From positions 23,879 through 87,878 of the forward strand of contig JAWSVC010000013.1 of NCBI GenBank assembly GCA_033852075.1: a stretch of 64,000 nt of DNA, in the 5' to 3' direction. The first letter of the stretch is position 1. Every line of letters begins with the position of its first letter. This DNA is from Gammaproteobacteria bacterium. GTDB taxonomy: Bacteria > Pseudomonadota > Gammaproteobacteria > QZLD01. The position numbers and the translations under genes were made by a program. This document shows, piece by piece, positions 46,445 to 58,900 of this stretch. The notes under the pieces are model-generated. The model had not been told where the DNA came from. It was given only the letters and a program-made list of their open reading frames with translations, and made no database searches.

Positions 46445-47779
46445 TCACCATAGCTTATTTTGTTCTGCCTCAAATTTCAGCTGATCTCTGAAATCAGGAT
46501 GGGCGATTTCAATTAACCTTTTTACTCTTTCACGTATAGTTTGACCACGTAACCAGGCAACACCATTTTCTGTAACAACATAATCAACATCATTACGCGA
46601 TAAAGTAACTGCTGTTCCTGGCTTTAACATCGGAACAATATTTGAAACGGTCTTCCTATTCCCTTCTGCATCCTTAATTTCAGACGTAGAATACAATGCA
46701 ATAAATGATTTCCCTTCTGGACATAATTGTGCTCCTACAGCAGTATCAACCTGCCCTCCGGTTCCGGAATATTGCCTTGGACCAATAGACTCTGAAGCAC
46801 ACTGCCCTGTCAAATCTACTTCAATAGATGTATTAATTGAAACCATCTTATGATTTTGGCCAACTATATAGGGATTATTAGTCCAACTGCCTGTTTTAAA
46901 TAAGACTCCTTGGTTATCATCTACAAAGTCATAGAGCCGTTTACTGCCAAGTACAAAAGTAGCTACTGACTGCCCGCGATATAAGGTCTTCATAGAATTA
47001 TCGACTGCACCACATTCAATCAAGTCTGCCATACCATCTGTAAACATTTCTGTGTGTATCCCCAGGTGCCTTTTAACCTTTAACGATTCTGCCACGGCAT
47101 TTGGGATAGCTCCGATTCCAAGTTGAAAAGTTGAACCATCCTCTATTTGTTCAGCAATGAACTCCCCAATTTTTCTATCATTTTCATTTAATGGAATATC
47201 AGGAAGTGCCGGCATTGGATTATCAACTTCTATTAGTGCATTAATTTCGGAAATATGTATCCGGGTATCACCCAAGGTTCTTGGTGTATTTGGGTTTACT
47301 TCAACTATTACCGTAGCACCACAATCAACCAAATCTCTTTCGTAAGTACACCCCATACCCATGCTTAGATAACCATGTTTATCCATTGGAGAACATGTAC
47401 ATAACAAAACATTCCGTCTACCTTTCATCGCGTAAAGTCGTTTTCTTAGCGCAGAATTTAAATGTTTCGGAACATAGCTTACATTTCCTGCTGGATGAGC
47501 CTGACGAATCCCAGCCGAAAAAAACCATGCACCTACAAAAATGGTATCGGAATATTCAGGGTTCTTAATAAATTCATAATTTGCCATTGGCAAAGTACAA
47601 GAAAGCTCACAACCACTAACACCATTTTCTTTTACCGTATGAAGCTGATGAAGAAACTCTACTGGCTCTCCTCCACCTAACCCAGTTACAATAAAGTCGT
47701 TAGATTTAATTAATGAAAGAGCTGATTCTGCACTCATTACTTTCTCTTGATAGAGTTGCTGATAATTTTTAATTGTCAT
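46445..47779 (-). CDS. Acetyl-CoA hydrolase/transferase family protein (4-hydroxybutyrate/succinyl-CoA:acetate CoA-transferase-like)
   Basis: 444 aa. The family-typical motifs are GLGGGEP, QLGIGAIPNAV, HTEMF.DG and SGTGGQVD. Confidence 0.8.
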   Translation of the reverse strand: MTIKNYQQLYQEKVMSAESALSLIKSNDFIVTGLGGGEPVEFLHQLHTVKENGVSGCELSCTLPMANYEFIKNPEYSDTIFVGAWFFSAGIRQAHPAGNVSYVPKHLNSALRKRLYAMKGRRNVLLCTCSPMDKHGYLSMGMGCTYERDLVDCGATVIVEVNPNTPRTLGDTRIHISEINALIEVDNPMPALPDIPLNENDRKIGEFIAEQIEDGSTFQLGIGAIPNAVAESLKVKRHLGIHTEMFTDGMADLIECGAVDNSMKTLYRGQSVATFVLGSKRLYDFVDDNQGVLFKTGSWTNNPYIVGQNHKMVSINTSIEVDLTGQCASESIGPRQYSGTGGQVDTAVGAQLCPEGKSFIALYSTSEIKDAEGNRKTVSNIVPMLKPGTAVTLSRNDVDYVVTENGVAWLRGQTIRERVKRLIEIAHPDFRDQLKFEAEQNKLW

Positions 47780-47795
47780 GGCAACCTCCTTCTTT

Positions 47796-48851
47796 TTAAT
47801 TAATTTTTCCCCAGCGGATTAAGGCGCTGGAAAATGCATACCCGGTACCTGCTCCCAATAAACAAACCAAATCACCATCTTTAATCTTTCCAGACTTAAG
47901 CCCTAAATCAAGACCAATCCAATTATCACTATGACCACAATGGCCATAATCATACAGATATTCGGTTTTTTCACTTTCAATACCAAGAGCATCCATCACC
48001 GCAAAATGCGATCGAGGATTTGTTGCTACCATTGATAAGTAATCAATTTCACTTATTTTATAGCTATTAGCCTTACATGAACGCTTAACAGCACCTACAA
48101 AATCATTAAGGGAACAATTTGCTAGGTCTTCTTTCATACGTTCGGGATCGGTAAGAGTGATCTTATTCACTTCATCTAATAACTCTGGGTTATCTACAAT
48201 TGCCTGAGCTTTCTCTAATGTCATGTGGTTACGTGATCCACCATGTGTGCATACAACATCTGTAGCAAAAACAGGATCAGTCAATATACCTGTACCAACT
48301 ATCTGATTTTGATCGTGATCACGCTTTAGAATTGCCGCAAATCCTGATGGGGACATGTTATACATAAAACTCTGTTTGGGATCTTTATAATTTATGAGAT
48401 AAGCATTTGCATTACCGCCAGCTATCAGCACAGTTTTAAGACTAGGATCAGCCATCATCATCTCTTGAGCAACTTTTAATCCTAATGGTGATCCAGCACA
48501 ACGAAATGACAAATCAAACGCATAACAACTTTCAGAAGTAGCACCAATTTGCTGTTGTATATAAATACCTACAGTCCAACAAGTGTATTCAGCATATGCC
48601 TCACCTGTATAGATTATCAAATCGATTTCTTCTGCATTAATACCGGTTTTTTCCAACACATCCTTTGAGGCTTTAACAGCCATTATTCCAGGATGATCAT
48701 CTGGCCCACCGATAAATTTTCGATGTATACCCAATTTTTGTTTTAATACGTCTACGGGAACATCTACTTCTTTAGAAAATTCTTCTGCGGAGATTGTTTG
48801 TTCTGGAAGGTAGACTGAATAATCAACTAAACCAACAACGCAGTTATTCAT
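47796..48851 (-). CDS. KAS III (FabH)-like thiolase-fold condensing enzyme
   Basis: The start was moved to the ATG at 48851 (GAAGGAGAATAAG upstream). The Cys context is DLSFRCAGSPLG, with a His-containing YDYGHCGHS and a C-terminal GAGTGYAF. Confidence 0.75.
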   Translation of the reverse strand: MNNCVVGLVDYSVYLPEQTISAEEFSKEVDVPVDVLKQKLGIHRKFIGGPDDHPGIMAVKASKDVLEKTGINAEEIDLIIYTGEAYAEYTCWTVGIYIQQQIGATSESCYAFDLSFRCAGSPLGLKVAQEMMMADPSLKTVLIAGGNANAYLINYKDPKQSFMYNMSPSGFAAILKRDHDQNQIVGTGILTDPVFATDVVCTHGGSRNHMTLEKAQAIVDNPELLDEVNKITLTDPERMKEDLANCSLNDFVGAVKRSCKANSYKISEIDYLSMVATNPRSHFAVMDALGIESEKTEYLYDYGHCGHSDNWIGLDLGLKSGKIKDGDLVCLLGAGTGYAFSSALIRWGKIN

Positions 48852-49222
48852 CTTATTCTCCTTCGTTTTATTATTATTTAACTTATATTTAACCATATAC
48901 TATAACTAAAAGAGAGTGAAATTATATGATATATTCACATAAGTTATAGTGCGTCCTCGCAAAAGCACATGGTTTTTAATTGCAAAAATTAACCAATAAA
49001 TTCATAAAGTTAACATTAACGATTAAAGCCATATTTATAATAAACATAGCTTATACACGAAAGACCAAACAAACTCATTTATTGGTTATTTGACGTATTT
49101 AACACTTTTAATTGCGAGATTTGATCGTGTTAAAACAAATAATTTGGAAGGTATTGATTAGATCACCAGATAAGCATTATGCGAATAAAAGCTATAATGC
49201 TTAATCAATATTAAACGACTAA

Positions 49223-49252
49223 GGGCGAACACGCATTGGTTCGCCCTTTTTT
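49223..49252. terminator. GC-rich hairpin downstream of greA
   Basis: GGGCGAAC-N8-GTTCGCCC, with a T6 run on the plus side and an A run on the minus-side 5' flank. By position it is the greA terminator. The U tract is better on the plus strand. Confidence 0.5.
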
Positions 49253-49309
49253 CTGAGCCCTTATGATATAAAATAAGAGCCTTAGCCGACATATAGTTGT
49301 TGGCATTAC

Positions 49310-49786
49310 TTAAATATAAAGAACTTCTAAGATCTCAAATTCACGCAGACCACCTGGCACAGGAACAGAGACTTCGTCCCCTTCTTGCTTACCAACCAGG
49401 CCTCTGGCAATTGGTGAAGAAACTGAGATAAGACCTTGTTTTATATCTGCTTCGTCATCACCTACGATTTGATATTTCTCTTCTTTTTCCGTATCGATAT
49501 CAAGAAGAACTACCGTTGATCCAAAAATTACTTTGCCACCGGCATCCATCTCGGTTACATCAATTATCTGGCAATTGCTTAGTTTACCTTCGATCTCTTT
49601 GATACGCCCTTCGATAAAACCTTGCTGTTCACGCGCTGCATGATATTCAGCATTCTCTTTAAGATCCCCATGTTCTCTGGCCTCAGCAATAGCCTGAATA
49701 ACCTGTGGACGATCCTCATGCTTAAGCTTTTTTAGCTCTTCACGAAGTTTTTCTGCTCCCTTTAGCGTTAAAGGTACTTTATTCAT
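49310..49786 (-). CDS. greA: Transcription elongation factor GreA
   Basis: 158 aa. [22 protein letters not shown] ... [31 protein letters not shown]. Confidence 0.9.
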   Translation of the reverse strand: MNKVPLTLKGAEKLREELKKLKHEDRPQVIQAIAEAREHGDLKENAEYHAAREQQGFIEGRIKEIEGKLSNCQIIDVTEMDAGGKVIFGSTVVLLDIDTEKEEKYQIVGDDEADIKQGLISVSSPIARGLVGKQEGDEVSVPVPGGLREFEILEVLYI

Positions 49787-49797
49787 AATAATTATCC

Positions 49798-52700
49798 TTA
49801 ATGTAACTCTTGCAGGCAGTACACAGTTTCTGAGTTAAGATGATCCAAAGCCATAATAGTCGCCCGCGCTCCAGCTATAGTTGTAGTATATGGAATCTTT
49901 CTATTCAAGGCCTCACGTCTAATTGAGAATGAATCTGCAATAGCTTGCTTACCTTCTGTAGTGTTAACAATCAACGATACTTCACCATTTATCATTGCGT
50001 CAACAATATGAGGTCTACCTTCCAGAACCTTTTTAATTACCTCGCATTCGATTCCGTTTTCTTCAAGTGCTCTGGCAGTTCCACGGGTTGCCATGATTGA
50101 GAAACCTTTATCAATTAGCTGCTTAGCGACACCAATTGCTGCTGGTTTATCTGCATCTCTAACACTGATAAATGCCTTGCTTCTTTCAACAGGAAGCTGA
50201 ACACTTGCACCTTTCTGTGATTTCAGGAAGGCCTCAGCAAATGTGGTTCCAACACCCATTACCTCACCGGTTGATTTCATCTCTGGACCAAGGATCGGAT
50301 CCGCGCCCTTGAACTTTAGGAATGGAAACACTGATTCCTTAACAGAGAAATGAGATGGCTTAAGCTCTTCCAGCATACCCTGCTCTTCAAGAGATTTACC
50401 AGCCATACATCTAGCTGCCACCTTGGCCAGTGGTCTGCCAATTGCCTTAGATACAAATGGTACTGTTCTTGATGCTCTTGGATTTACCTCCAGCAGGAAG
50501 ATCTTGTCGCCTTGTATCGCGAACTGAGTATTCATAAGACCAATAACACCGATTTCCATAGCCAGCTGACGCATCTGCACACGAATTCTGTCCTGGATCT
50601 CTGCACTTAGAGTATATGGAGGAAGCGAACATGCGGAATCCCCCGAGTGGACACCTGCCTGCTCGATATGCTCCATAATACCACCGATAAGTACGTCTTT
50701 GCCGTCACATATCGCATCTACATCAACCTCTACCGCATCATCAAGGAAGCGATCCAGAAGTACTGGTGAATCATCAGATACCTTAACCGCTTCGGTCATA
50801 TAGCGCATCAGGTCTTTTTCGTTGTGTACGATTTCCATCGCACGGCCACCAAGTACGTAAGAAGGTCTTACTACCAATGGATAACCAATCTCTTCTGCCA
50901 AACTAGGAGCCTCATCCGCATTCATACAGATACGGTTTGGCGGCTGAATCAGGCCTAGTTTTTCGATAAGCTGCTGGAATCTCTCACGATCTTCCGCAAG
51001 GTCGATTGAATCTGGCGAGGTACCGATAATTGGTGCACCCGCTTTTTCCAGATCGTTGGCAAGCTTAAGTGGTGTCTGACCACCATATTGTACAATGATA
51101 CCCTTTGGTTTTTCTTTATGAACAATCTCCAGAACATCTTCCAGCGTTAACGGCTCGAAGAATAGTCTGTCAGAGGTGTCATAGTCAGTTGATACTGTCT
51201 CTGGATTACAGTTAACCATAATGGTTTCGTAACCATCTTCTCGCATTGCCAATGCAGCGTGTACACAGCAGTAGTCAAATTCGATACCCTGACCGATACG
51301 GTTTGGACCACCGCCCAGAACCATGATCTTTTCTTTGTCACTTGGATCCGCCTCGCACTCTTCTTCATAGGTTGAGTACATATAGGCGGTAGCTGAAGAA
51401 AATTCTGCTGCACATGAATCCACGCGCTTGTATACAGGTCTGATATCCAGTTCGTATCTTCTGTTACGCACCTGCTGCTCGGTAACCTGCAGTAACTTGG
51501 CAAGACGCTTGTCCGAGAAACCTTTCTGTTTAAGTTTGAATAGTTGTCTAGCTTCAATATCAACCAGATCAACACCTTTGATTGAATCCTCAATATCGAT
51601 TAGCTCTTCGATCTGAGCCAGGAACCACGGGTCGATAGCTGTAAATTCAAATACCTCTTCAATGGACATACCGTCACGGAAGGCATCCGCAACGTACCAT
51701 AGTCTGTCAACTCCTGTAGATCTCAGGTTCTGACGAATGATAGATTTTGCATCCGGATCTTCAAGATCAACATGCTCATCCAGACCATTTACACCAATCT
51801 CAAGACCTCGCAGTGCTTTTTGTAGTGATTCCTGGAAAGTTCTACCGATTGCCATTACCTCACCAACAGATTTCATCTGGGTGGTAAGAATTGGTTCTGT
51901 GCCCGGGAATTTTTCAAAGGTAAAACGTGGAACCTTGGTTACAACGTAGTCAATTGTTGGTTCGAATGAAGCAGGTGTCGCACCGCCAGTGATCTCGTTT
52001 TTAAGCTCATCAAGCGTGTAACCAACTGCAAGTTTCGCAGCTACCTTTGCAATCGGGAAACCGGTTGCCTTGGATGCAAGTGCTGACGAACGCGATACCC
52101 TTGGGTTCATCTCAATGATAATCATCTCACCATTTTCCGGGTTAATCGCAAACTGTACGTTTGATCCACCTGTATCTACACCAATCTCACGCAATACTGC
52201 AATCGATGCATTACGCATGATCTGAAACTCTTTGTCGGTAAGAGTCTGTGATGGTGCGATAGTAATCGAGTCACCAGTATGTATACCCATTGGGTCAAGG
52301 TTTTCAATAGAACATACGATAATGCAGTTATCCGCTTTATCGCGTACCACCTCCATCTCGTACTCTTTCCAGCCTAGTACAGATTGCTCGATAAGAACTT
52401 CTGTAGTTGGAGAAAGATCAAGACCGTGCTCTACAATTTCTACGAATTCTTCATGATTATATGCAATACCGCCACCAGATCCACCAAGGGTGAATGATGG
52501 TCTGATAATTACCGGATAACCAAGCTCTTTCTGTGCTTCAAGTCCTTCTTCAAGGGTATGCACCACAAATGACTGAGGAGTTGCAATCCCGATCTTTTTC
52601 ATCGCTTCTCGGAAACGGTCACGATCTTCTGCCTTGTCGATAGCATCGCGTGATGCACCGATTAGCTCAACGTCATATTTTTCCAGTACGCCATTATCAG

Positions 52701-53007
52701 CAAGATCCAGAGCACAGTTCAGTGCTGTTTGCCCACCCATGGTTGGCAAAATTGCATCTGGTCTTTCTTTTTCGATAATCTTCTCAACTACCTGCCACTC
52801 AACCGGCTCAATGTAAACCGCATCTGACATCTCTGGGTCAGTCATGATGGTTGCCGGGTTTGAGTTAACAAGGATAACCCTGTAGCCCTCTTCTCTCAGC
52901 GCACGACACGCCTGGGCACCAGAGTAGTCAAATTCACATGCCTGACCAATAACGATAGGTCCTGCACCAATAATTAATATGCTTTTAATATCTGTACGTT
53001 TTGCCAT
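49798..53007 (-). CDS. carB: Carbamoyl-phosphate synthase large subunit
   Basis: 1069 aa. [33 protein letters not shown], followed by duplicated ATP-grasp halves and an MGS-like C-terminus. Confidence 0.97.
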   Translation of the reverse strand: MAKRTDIKSILIIGAGPIVIGQACEFDYSGAQACRALREEGYRVILVNSNPATIMTDPEMSDAVYIEPVEWQVVEKIIEKERPDAILPTMGGQTALNCALDLADNGVLEKYDVELIGASRDAIDKAEDRDRFREAMKKIGIATPQSFVVHTLEEGLEAQKELGYPVIIRPSFTLGGSGGGIAYNHEEFVEIVEHGLDLSPTTEVLIEQSVLGWKEYEMEVVRDKADNCIIVCSIENLDPMGIHTGDSITIAPSQTLTDKEFQIMRNASIAVLREIGVDTGGSNVQFAINPENGEMIIIEMNPRVSRSSALASKATGFPIAKVAAKLAVGYTLDELKNEITGGATPASFEPTIDYVVTKVPRFTFEKFPGTEPILTTQMKSVGEVMAIGRTFQESLQKALRGLEIGVNGLDEHVDLEDPDAKSIIRQNLRSTGVDRLWYVADAFRDGMSIEEVFEFTAIDPWFLAQIEELIDIEDSIKGVDLVDIEARQLFKLKQKGFSDKRLAKLLQVTEQQVRNRRYELDIRPVYKRVDSCAAEFSSATAYMYSTYEEECEADPSDKEKIMVLGGGPNRIGQGIEFDYCCVHAALAMREDGYETIMVNCNPETVSTDYDTSDRLFFEPLTLEDVLEIVHKEKPKGIIVQYGGQTPLKLANDLEKAGAPIIGTSPDSIDLAEDRERFQQLIEKLGLIQPPNRICMNADEAPSLAEEIGYPLVVRPSYVLGGRAMEIVHNEKDLMRYMTEAVKVSDDSPVLLDRFLDDAVEVDVDAICDGKDVLIGGIMEHIEQAGVHSGDSACSLPPYTLSAEIQDRIRVQMRQLAMEIGVIGLMNTQFAIQGDKIFLLEVNPRASRTVPFVSKAIGRPLAKVAARCMAGKSLEEQGMLEELKPSHFSVKESVFPFLKFKGADPILGPEMKSTGEVMGVGTTFAEAFLKSQKGASVQLPVERSKAFISVRDADKPAAIGVAKQLIDKGFSIMATRGTARALEENGIECEVIKKVLEGRPHIVDAMINGEVSLIVNTTEGKQAIADSFSIRREALNRKIPYTTTIAGARATIMALDHLNSETVYCLQELH

Positions 53008-53044
53008 ATCTAATCTTCTATCTCTGCCTTATCCCTAATCCGGG

Positions 53045-54190
53045 TTATGAATTTGCCTGTTGCATTAGTTCGATAAAGTGATCGAATAATGGCGCTACAT
53101 CGTGTGGACCAGGGCTGGCTTCAGGATGCCCCTGGAAGCTGAACGCTGGTCTATCGGTTAAATGAATACCTTGCAAAGACTGATCGAACAATGACTTGTG
53201 AGTCATTTCTACATTCTCTGGCAATGTTGCTTCATCAATTGCGAAACCATGATTCTGACTGGTAATCATTACCTGCTTGGTTTTCAAATCCTGAACCGGA
53301 TGGTTACCACCGTGATGACCGAATTTCATCTTTACCGTTTTGGCACCACTGGCAAGACCTAAAAGCTGATGACCAAGACAAATTCCAAATACCGGAATTT
53401 TGGTTTCAAGAATCTCTTTAATAGCTGCAATCGCGTAATCACATGGTTCCGGATCACCAGGACCATTAGACAGGAATACGCCATCCGGGTTCATTGCCAA
53501 AACTTCACTTGCTGGCGTCTGTGCAGGAACTACGGTTAGCTTGCAACCTCTATCCACCAACATACGCAGAATATTTCTTTTGACCCCGTAGTCATATGCA
53601 ACTACGTGATATTTAAGTTCTGATTCCGGTGTCTCTTTGGCTTCTTCAGTTCCATCGGTTAGAGCCCATGAACCAAGAGTCCATGAAAACCGCTCCTTAA
53701 CAGTAACCTCTTTAGCTAGATCCATTCCCTTAAGACCTGGGAATTCTTTGGCCAATTCGATAGCTTTGTCTTCATCTATCTTGTCACCGGTGATAATGCA
53801 ACCGTTCTGCGCACCTTTATCACGCAAAATTCTGGTTAGTCTTCTGGTATCAATATCCGAAATAGCAACAATCTTATTGCGAATCAGATAATCACTTAGG
53901 CTTTCTTCTGATCGCCAGTTACTGACAATTGGGGGTAAATCACGAATAATCAGACCACTAAGATGTAACTTATCAGACTCAGCATCAATCGGATTTGTGC
54001 CTACATTACCAATATGGGGGTATGTTAGGGTAACTATCTGTTTGCTATAAGAAGGATCTGTTGCTATCTCCTGATAGCCGGTTATTGAGGTGTTAAATAC
54101 GACTTCTCCCGTTGTGACTCCATCTGCACCAATAGATTCACCGCGGAAAATACTACCATCTTCTAGAGCTAAAATTGCTGGCTTATTCAA
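53045..54190 (-). CDS. carA: Carbamoyl-phosphate synthase small (glutaminase) subunit
   Basis: I prefer the TTG start at 54190, with GGAG 6 nt upstream. It gives (M)[16 protein letters not shown], which is co-linear with E. coli MIKSALLVLEDGTQFHG. The listed ATG at 54256 has no SD. The catalytic site is GICLGHQ. Confidence 0.9.
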   Translation of the reverse strand: MNKPAILALEDGSIFRGESIGADGVTTGEVVFNTSITGYQEIATDPSYSKQIVTLTYPHIGNVGTNPIDAESDKLHLSGLIIRDLPPIVSNWRSEESLSDYLIRNKIVAISDIDTRRLTRILRDKGAQNGCIITGDKIDEDKAIELAKEFPGLKGMDLAKEVTVKERFSWTLGSWALTDGTEEAKETPESELKYHVVAYDYGVKRNILRMLVDRGCKLTVVPAQTPASEVLAMNPDGVFLSNGPGDPEPCDYAIAAIKEILETKIPVFGICLGHQLLGLASGAKTVKMKFGHHGGNHPVQDLKTKQVMITSQNHGFAIDEATLPENVEMTHKSLFDQSLQGIHLTDRPAFSFQGHPEASPGPHDVAPLFDHFIELMQQANS

Positions 54191-54212
54191 AGCATTCTCC
54201 AAATTCAGACGT

Positions 54213-54246
54213 ACAAAAACGGGAGGTTTAGCTAGAACTACCTCCC
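54213..54246 (-). promoter_or_regulatory. Terminator-like hairpin plus U tract in the carA leader (possible attenuator)
   Basis: The minus strand reads GGGAGGT-N12-ACCTCCC followed by GTTTTT. It ends about 20 nt before the SD of the TTG start. Confidence 0.5.
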
Positions 54247-54656
54247 GTGTATTCATAAATTTCGCGTATTTTAGGCTCGGTTATTCTTAGTTTCAGCATC
54301 TACTGAAAAGCATATATCTGCTAAATACATGTAAATTTACCCGAGCTAGGGTACAAAATCTGGGGGTGAATGATACTTGAAACAGGGGCTGATTGTCTAT
54401 GGTAAATATTGAGTTTCTTGAAGTATTTCGGGTATTTTTTCCAAATTAGAAATATTTAGCTTTTTTGAGTCAACCGAATTCACTTTTATACGTTATATTT
54501 AGTTAGGAATATAAAGTTGCTAGGTTTATAATCTTTTATGATTTTGCTGGTTCCAATATTGTTCTTGGAAACCCGTATATTTGCTTAGTTTACGATTCAT
54601 AGAACTGCATACATTCCCACGTACAACGCGGGAACAAGAGAAAATTTCGAAGATCC

Positions 54657-54710
54657 CTGAGCGTAGTCGAAGGGTTGAGAAATAAACAAGGAAACTTCGG
54701 CTACGCTCAG
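54657..54710. repeat. REP-like inverted repeat upstream of the RND operon
   Basis: CTGAGCGTAGTCGAAG-N22-CTTCGGCTACGCTCAG. The nearby hairpin TTCCCAC-N7-GCGGGAA lies at 54614-54634. Confidence 0.55.
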
Positions 54711-54758
54711 TCAACTTGTTTTTGATCAGATAAGCCATATAACCAACTGGAGCCATAC

Positions 54759-55976
54759 ATGAAAGACAGGTTTCTCTTACATTGGGTTTTACCATTATTT
54801 ATAGCTGCAGGAGCAATATTTTTAGCTTATTGGTTTATAGTCAAGGCTCCAAAAGCAAAACCAAAACCAGCTGTTCAGCGTAAAGCCACTATTGTTGAGG
54901 TTATTAAACCTGAACTTGGTAATTTCAATGTTGAGATTGATACGGTTGGCGAAGTCATTCCCTACAACTCCCTAAATCTTACCACCAAAATATCCGGCGA
55001 AGTTGTTGAACTGTCACCAAACCTTGAACCGGGTGGAATTGTCAACAAAGGTGAACTTCTGGTAAGAATTGATGATCGAGATTATCAATTAATTAAAATG
55101 CAGCGCGAAGCCGCATTACAACAAGCAAAAAGCGACCTTAAAATGGAGCATGGTCGCCAGGTTGTTGCTAAAAATGATCTAAAACTCATCAAAAGATCAT
55201 CAAAATTCACCCAGGAACAATTAGATCTTGCCTTACGCAAACCACAGCTGATGCAATATCAAGCAGCTGTAACCAAAGCCCAAGCCTCTTTGGATGAAGC
55301 AAAATTAGCTATCGAACGCACCAAAATTTTTGCTCCATGGGATGCCGTCGTAGTCGAAAGAAATATTTCTATCGGAACCAATCTTACTGCACAGCAAACC
55401 ATTGCTTCGTTAATTGATAACAGTAAATATCGTATAAAAACATCTATAGCCGCTAACAAACTACCATTCATAAACATTGGCAATGAAAATAGTAAAGTAC
55501 AAATTAAATCCAATGCATCTCAGAATATAATCAATGGAGAAATTATAAGTGTATTACCATCATTAACTTCTGGCTCCAGAATGAACCAGGTTTTAATTGA
55601 AGTTGATAATTCAAACTCACAGGATATATCTGCAACATCTCTAAGAATTAATGATTATGTTCAAGTAAAAATTCTAGGCAAACAATTAGATAATGTTTAT
55701 CAAGTTCCCAGAACATATGTGCATGATGGAAATTCCATATGGATAATGCGCACCAATAAACTCACAATTATTTTGCCCAAAATAATTCATGAAGATAAAA
55801 ATTTTATTTATTTTAATTCACTTATCAAATCTGGCGATATGTTAATAACATCCATACTTCCATCTGCTGTAGAAGGCATGCTGCTCGCCACACCAGAACA
55901 ACAAAATAATCATGAATCTGCTTCTCAAAGCAAAAAACAATCTCTAGTGGAGAAAACTGGCGATGAAAAGCAGTAA
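54759..55976 (+). CDS. RND efflux periplasmic adaptor (membrane fusion protein)
   Basis: 405 aa. It has an N-terminal anchor, a lipoyl/coiled-coil pattern (GELLVRIDDRDYQL ... AKLAIERTKIFAPWDAVV), and overlaps the pump gene. Confidence 0.85.
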   Translation: MKDRFLLHWVLPLFIAAGAIFLAYWFIVKAPKAKPKPAVQRKATIVEVIKPELGNFNVEIDTVGEVIPYNSLNLTTKISGEVVELSPNLEPGGIVNKGELLVRIDDRDYQLIKMQREAALQQAKSDLKMEHGRQVVAKNDLKLIKRSSKFTQEQLDLALRKPQLMQYQAAVTKAQASLDEAKLAIERTKIFAPWDAVVVERNISIGTNLTAQQTIASLIDNSKYRIKTSIAANKLPFINIGNENSKVQIKSNASQNIINGEIISVLPSLTSGSRMNQVLIEVDNSNSQDISATSLRINDYVQVKILGKQLDNVYQVPRTYVHDGNSIWIMRTNKLTIILPKIIHEDKNFIYFNSLIKSGDMLITSILPSAVEGMLLATPEQQNNHESASQSKKQSLVEKTGDEKQ

Positions 55977-58900
55977 AAAGTTGAAACATTCATACAACCC
56001 TGTTGCCTGGATGACCAACAATAAGGTTGCATCTAACCTTTTAATGATCCTATGTCTTGCCGGTGGTATTTTTGTATTTACCCAAACCACGCAAGAGGTA
56101 TTCCCGGATTTTGACATGGATACAGTATCTGTTTCTGTATCCTACCCCGGTGCCAGCCCAGAAGAAATTGAGAAAAGCATTGTTCTTGCCTTGGAAGACT
56201 CTATTGGCGAGATAGATGGTATCGGAGAAGTTATATCTTACTCATCTGAAGGTTCAGCAAGAGTTACGCTAGAGGTGCTAAAAAGTGATGATCGCATGCG
56301 TATCGCTCAAGACCTAAAAAGCGCTGTTGATAGAATAAGTTCTTTCCCCGATGATGCAGAAGACCCAGTTGTAACCGTTGATAGCAGACGCAGAGAAGTT
56401 GTTGGTCTTATACTCTATGGTGACACCTCTGAGATTACTCTTCGCGAAACTGCTGACAAAATAAAAGACCAACTTTCACAAAACAAAGAGATTGGTCCTG
56501 TCGATCTATCAGGAGCCAGAGATCTTGAGATCAAAATCAACATATCTCAATACGAACTTCGCCGTCTCGGGATTTCTCTTTCCGATATAGCAAGCAAGCT
56601 TAGACAAATTGCTGTTGAAGTTCCTGGCGGGACCCTGGAAACCCATTCTGGCGACCTGTTAATACGCCTTACCGAAAGAAGAGAAAAGGCACAAGATTTT
56701 GCCAATATCCCAATCGCCATTGATGCTAATGGATCGCAATTATTACTTAAGGATATTGCTTCGATTGAATTTGGGCTTGAGGATTCAAACAAAAAGGCGA
56801 TCTTTAATGGCAAACCAGCTGTAGGTATAGATGTATCTCGTATTGGTGATCAAACACCTATTGGCGTTTCAGATGCTGTAAAAAGTGAAATTGAATTATT
56901 AAATAACTCACTTCCTGGGAATCTGAAACTGGAAATTCTACGTGATCGTTCAACCCATTTTAAACAACGCGCAGAGCTTCTTGTTAATAATGGTATCTGG
57001 GGATTAGGATTGGTCATCCTATTTCTGGCTTTATTTTTAGAGGTCAGAGTTGCTTTCTGGGTCAGCATGGGTATTCCAATATCATTTGCCGGTGCTTTCT
57101 TAATTTTTCCAGCTACTGATTTTTCTATAAATATTGTGTCTATGTTCGCCTTTATCGTAACCCTGGGTATCGTGGTGGATGATGCTATAGTAGTTGGCGA
57201 GAATATATTTTCATATAGAGAAAAAGGTCATTCTGCTCTTGATGCAGCAATATTAGGAGCCAAAGAAGTTTCCTTACCTGTTATATTCAGTGTTATAACT
57301 AATATCGTAGCCTTTATTCCTCTTTACTTTGTTCCTGGAATCATGGGCAAAATCTTCCAGACTATTCCATTAGTTGTAATCTGTGTATTTAGTATTTCAT
57401 TGATTGAGTGTTTATTAATTTTACCATCTCACTTACGTCTAAAAAAACTGGTAAAAAAACATGAGCACGGACTTCTAGCAACTTTAGTTAAATTTCAGAC
57501 TTGGTTTAATAACAAGTTCGAAAAATTTGTTTATAGCCATTATCGTGGATTTTTAAACTGGATAATAAGTTATCGATACGCCGTAGTAATTATTGCTGTT
57601 TCATTGCTTATTATGGCCTATGCATATGCATTTAGTGGGCGCATGGGCATGGTTCCCTTCCCAAGAGTTGAATCTGATTACGCCTTCGCTTCGGTTACCC
57701 TGCCACTAGGCTCGCCTGATTCAGATATTACCAAGATTAAAGATAAACTCATATCCGGAGCCAATCAGGTCATTGATCAGTTTCCTGAAGGTAGCCTATC
57801 CACAGGAACATACACATTAATCAATGAAAATAGCATCGATGCTAGAATTTATCTGCTCCCTCCTGATGAAAGGCCTATCAGTACTACCGAAGTTACAAAA
57901 CGATGGCGCGAAGCCACTGGTGAACTAATCGGCATTGAAACCTCTAGCTTTGTTGCAAATCGTGGTGGCCCTGGGTCTGGCGCTTCATTAACAGTTGAAC
58001 TTAACCACAGAGACAACGATATTTTAACTAAGGCCGGACAAGATCTGGCAAAAGTATTAGATACATTCCCTAACACCAGTGATATTGATGATGGAACCGC
58101 TAATGGGAAACGTCAATTTGATTTTAAGGTTACTTCTTATGGATATGCGTTAGGCCTTACAGCACAAAGCATTGCATCACAGATAAGATCTTCAATCTAC
58201 GGACTAGAAGCCTTTAAACAGCAATATGGTGTCAATGAAGTAACGATCCGCCTGCGTCTTCCGGAAGAAGAACGGAAATCACAATATGACCTAAATAACT
58301 TGATAATAAAAACCCCATCGGGGCAAGAAGTATTACTTGAAGATGTGGTTAGTTTTAACGAAGGTCGTGCATACACACAAATAAAACGCAGAAATGGGCG
58401 TCGTACTATTCAGGTAGAAGCAGATGTTGATCCTCCGTCACAAACCAACAGAATTATTGATACCATTAAAGCTGATGCGTTACCAAAGCTTAAACAGCGT
58501 TACCAAGGGTTAAACTATTCTTTTGAAGGCAGGCAAGCTGAAATTCGCGATAGTGTTGAAAGTTTAATATATGGTCTGATAGCTGTCCTATTAGTGATTT
58601 TTGCACTAATTGCAATATTGTTTGGAAGCTATACCCAACCATTAATGGTTATGATAGCCATTCCGTTTAGTGCTATTGGCGCCATCATTGGCCACCTTAT
58701 TATGGGTTATTCTCTAAGTATATTAAGCCTATTCGGACTTATGGCCCTTACCGGAGTAGTTGTTAATGACTCTATTGTACTTATTGAGTTTGCCAACCGC
58801 AGTCTAAGACAAAAAACAGAAATTCTAGAGGCACTCTTAACCGCATCAGTACGTCGTTTTAGACCTATCATTCTTACAACAATGACTACATTCGTTGGTC

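Noticed and set aside
49798-53007. Many 60-150-aa ORFs on both strands inside carB (e.g. 50447-50632, 51147-51593, 51428-51616, 52232-52456).
   Set aside because: They lie entirely within a full-length, highly conserved carB reading frame. They have low-complexity Ser/Arg-rich translations and no SD. They are shadow ORFs.
54526-54795. 89-aa minus-strand ORF upstream of, and overlapping, the RND adaptor start.
   Set aside because: It spans REP-like inverted repeats and overlaps the well-supported start of the adaptor gene. It has no SD.
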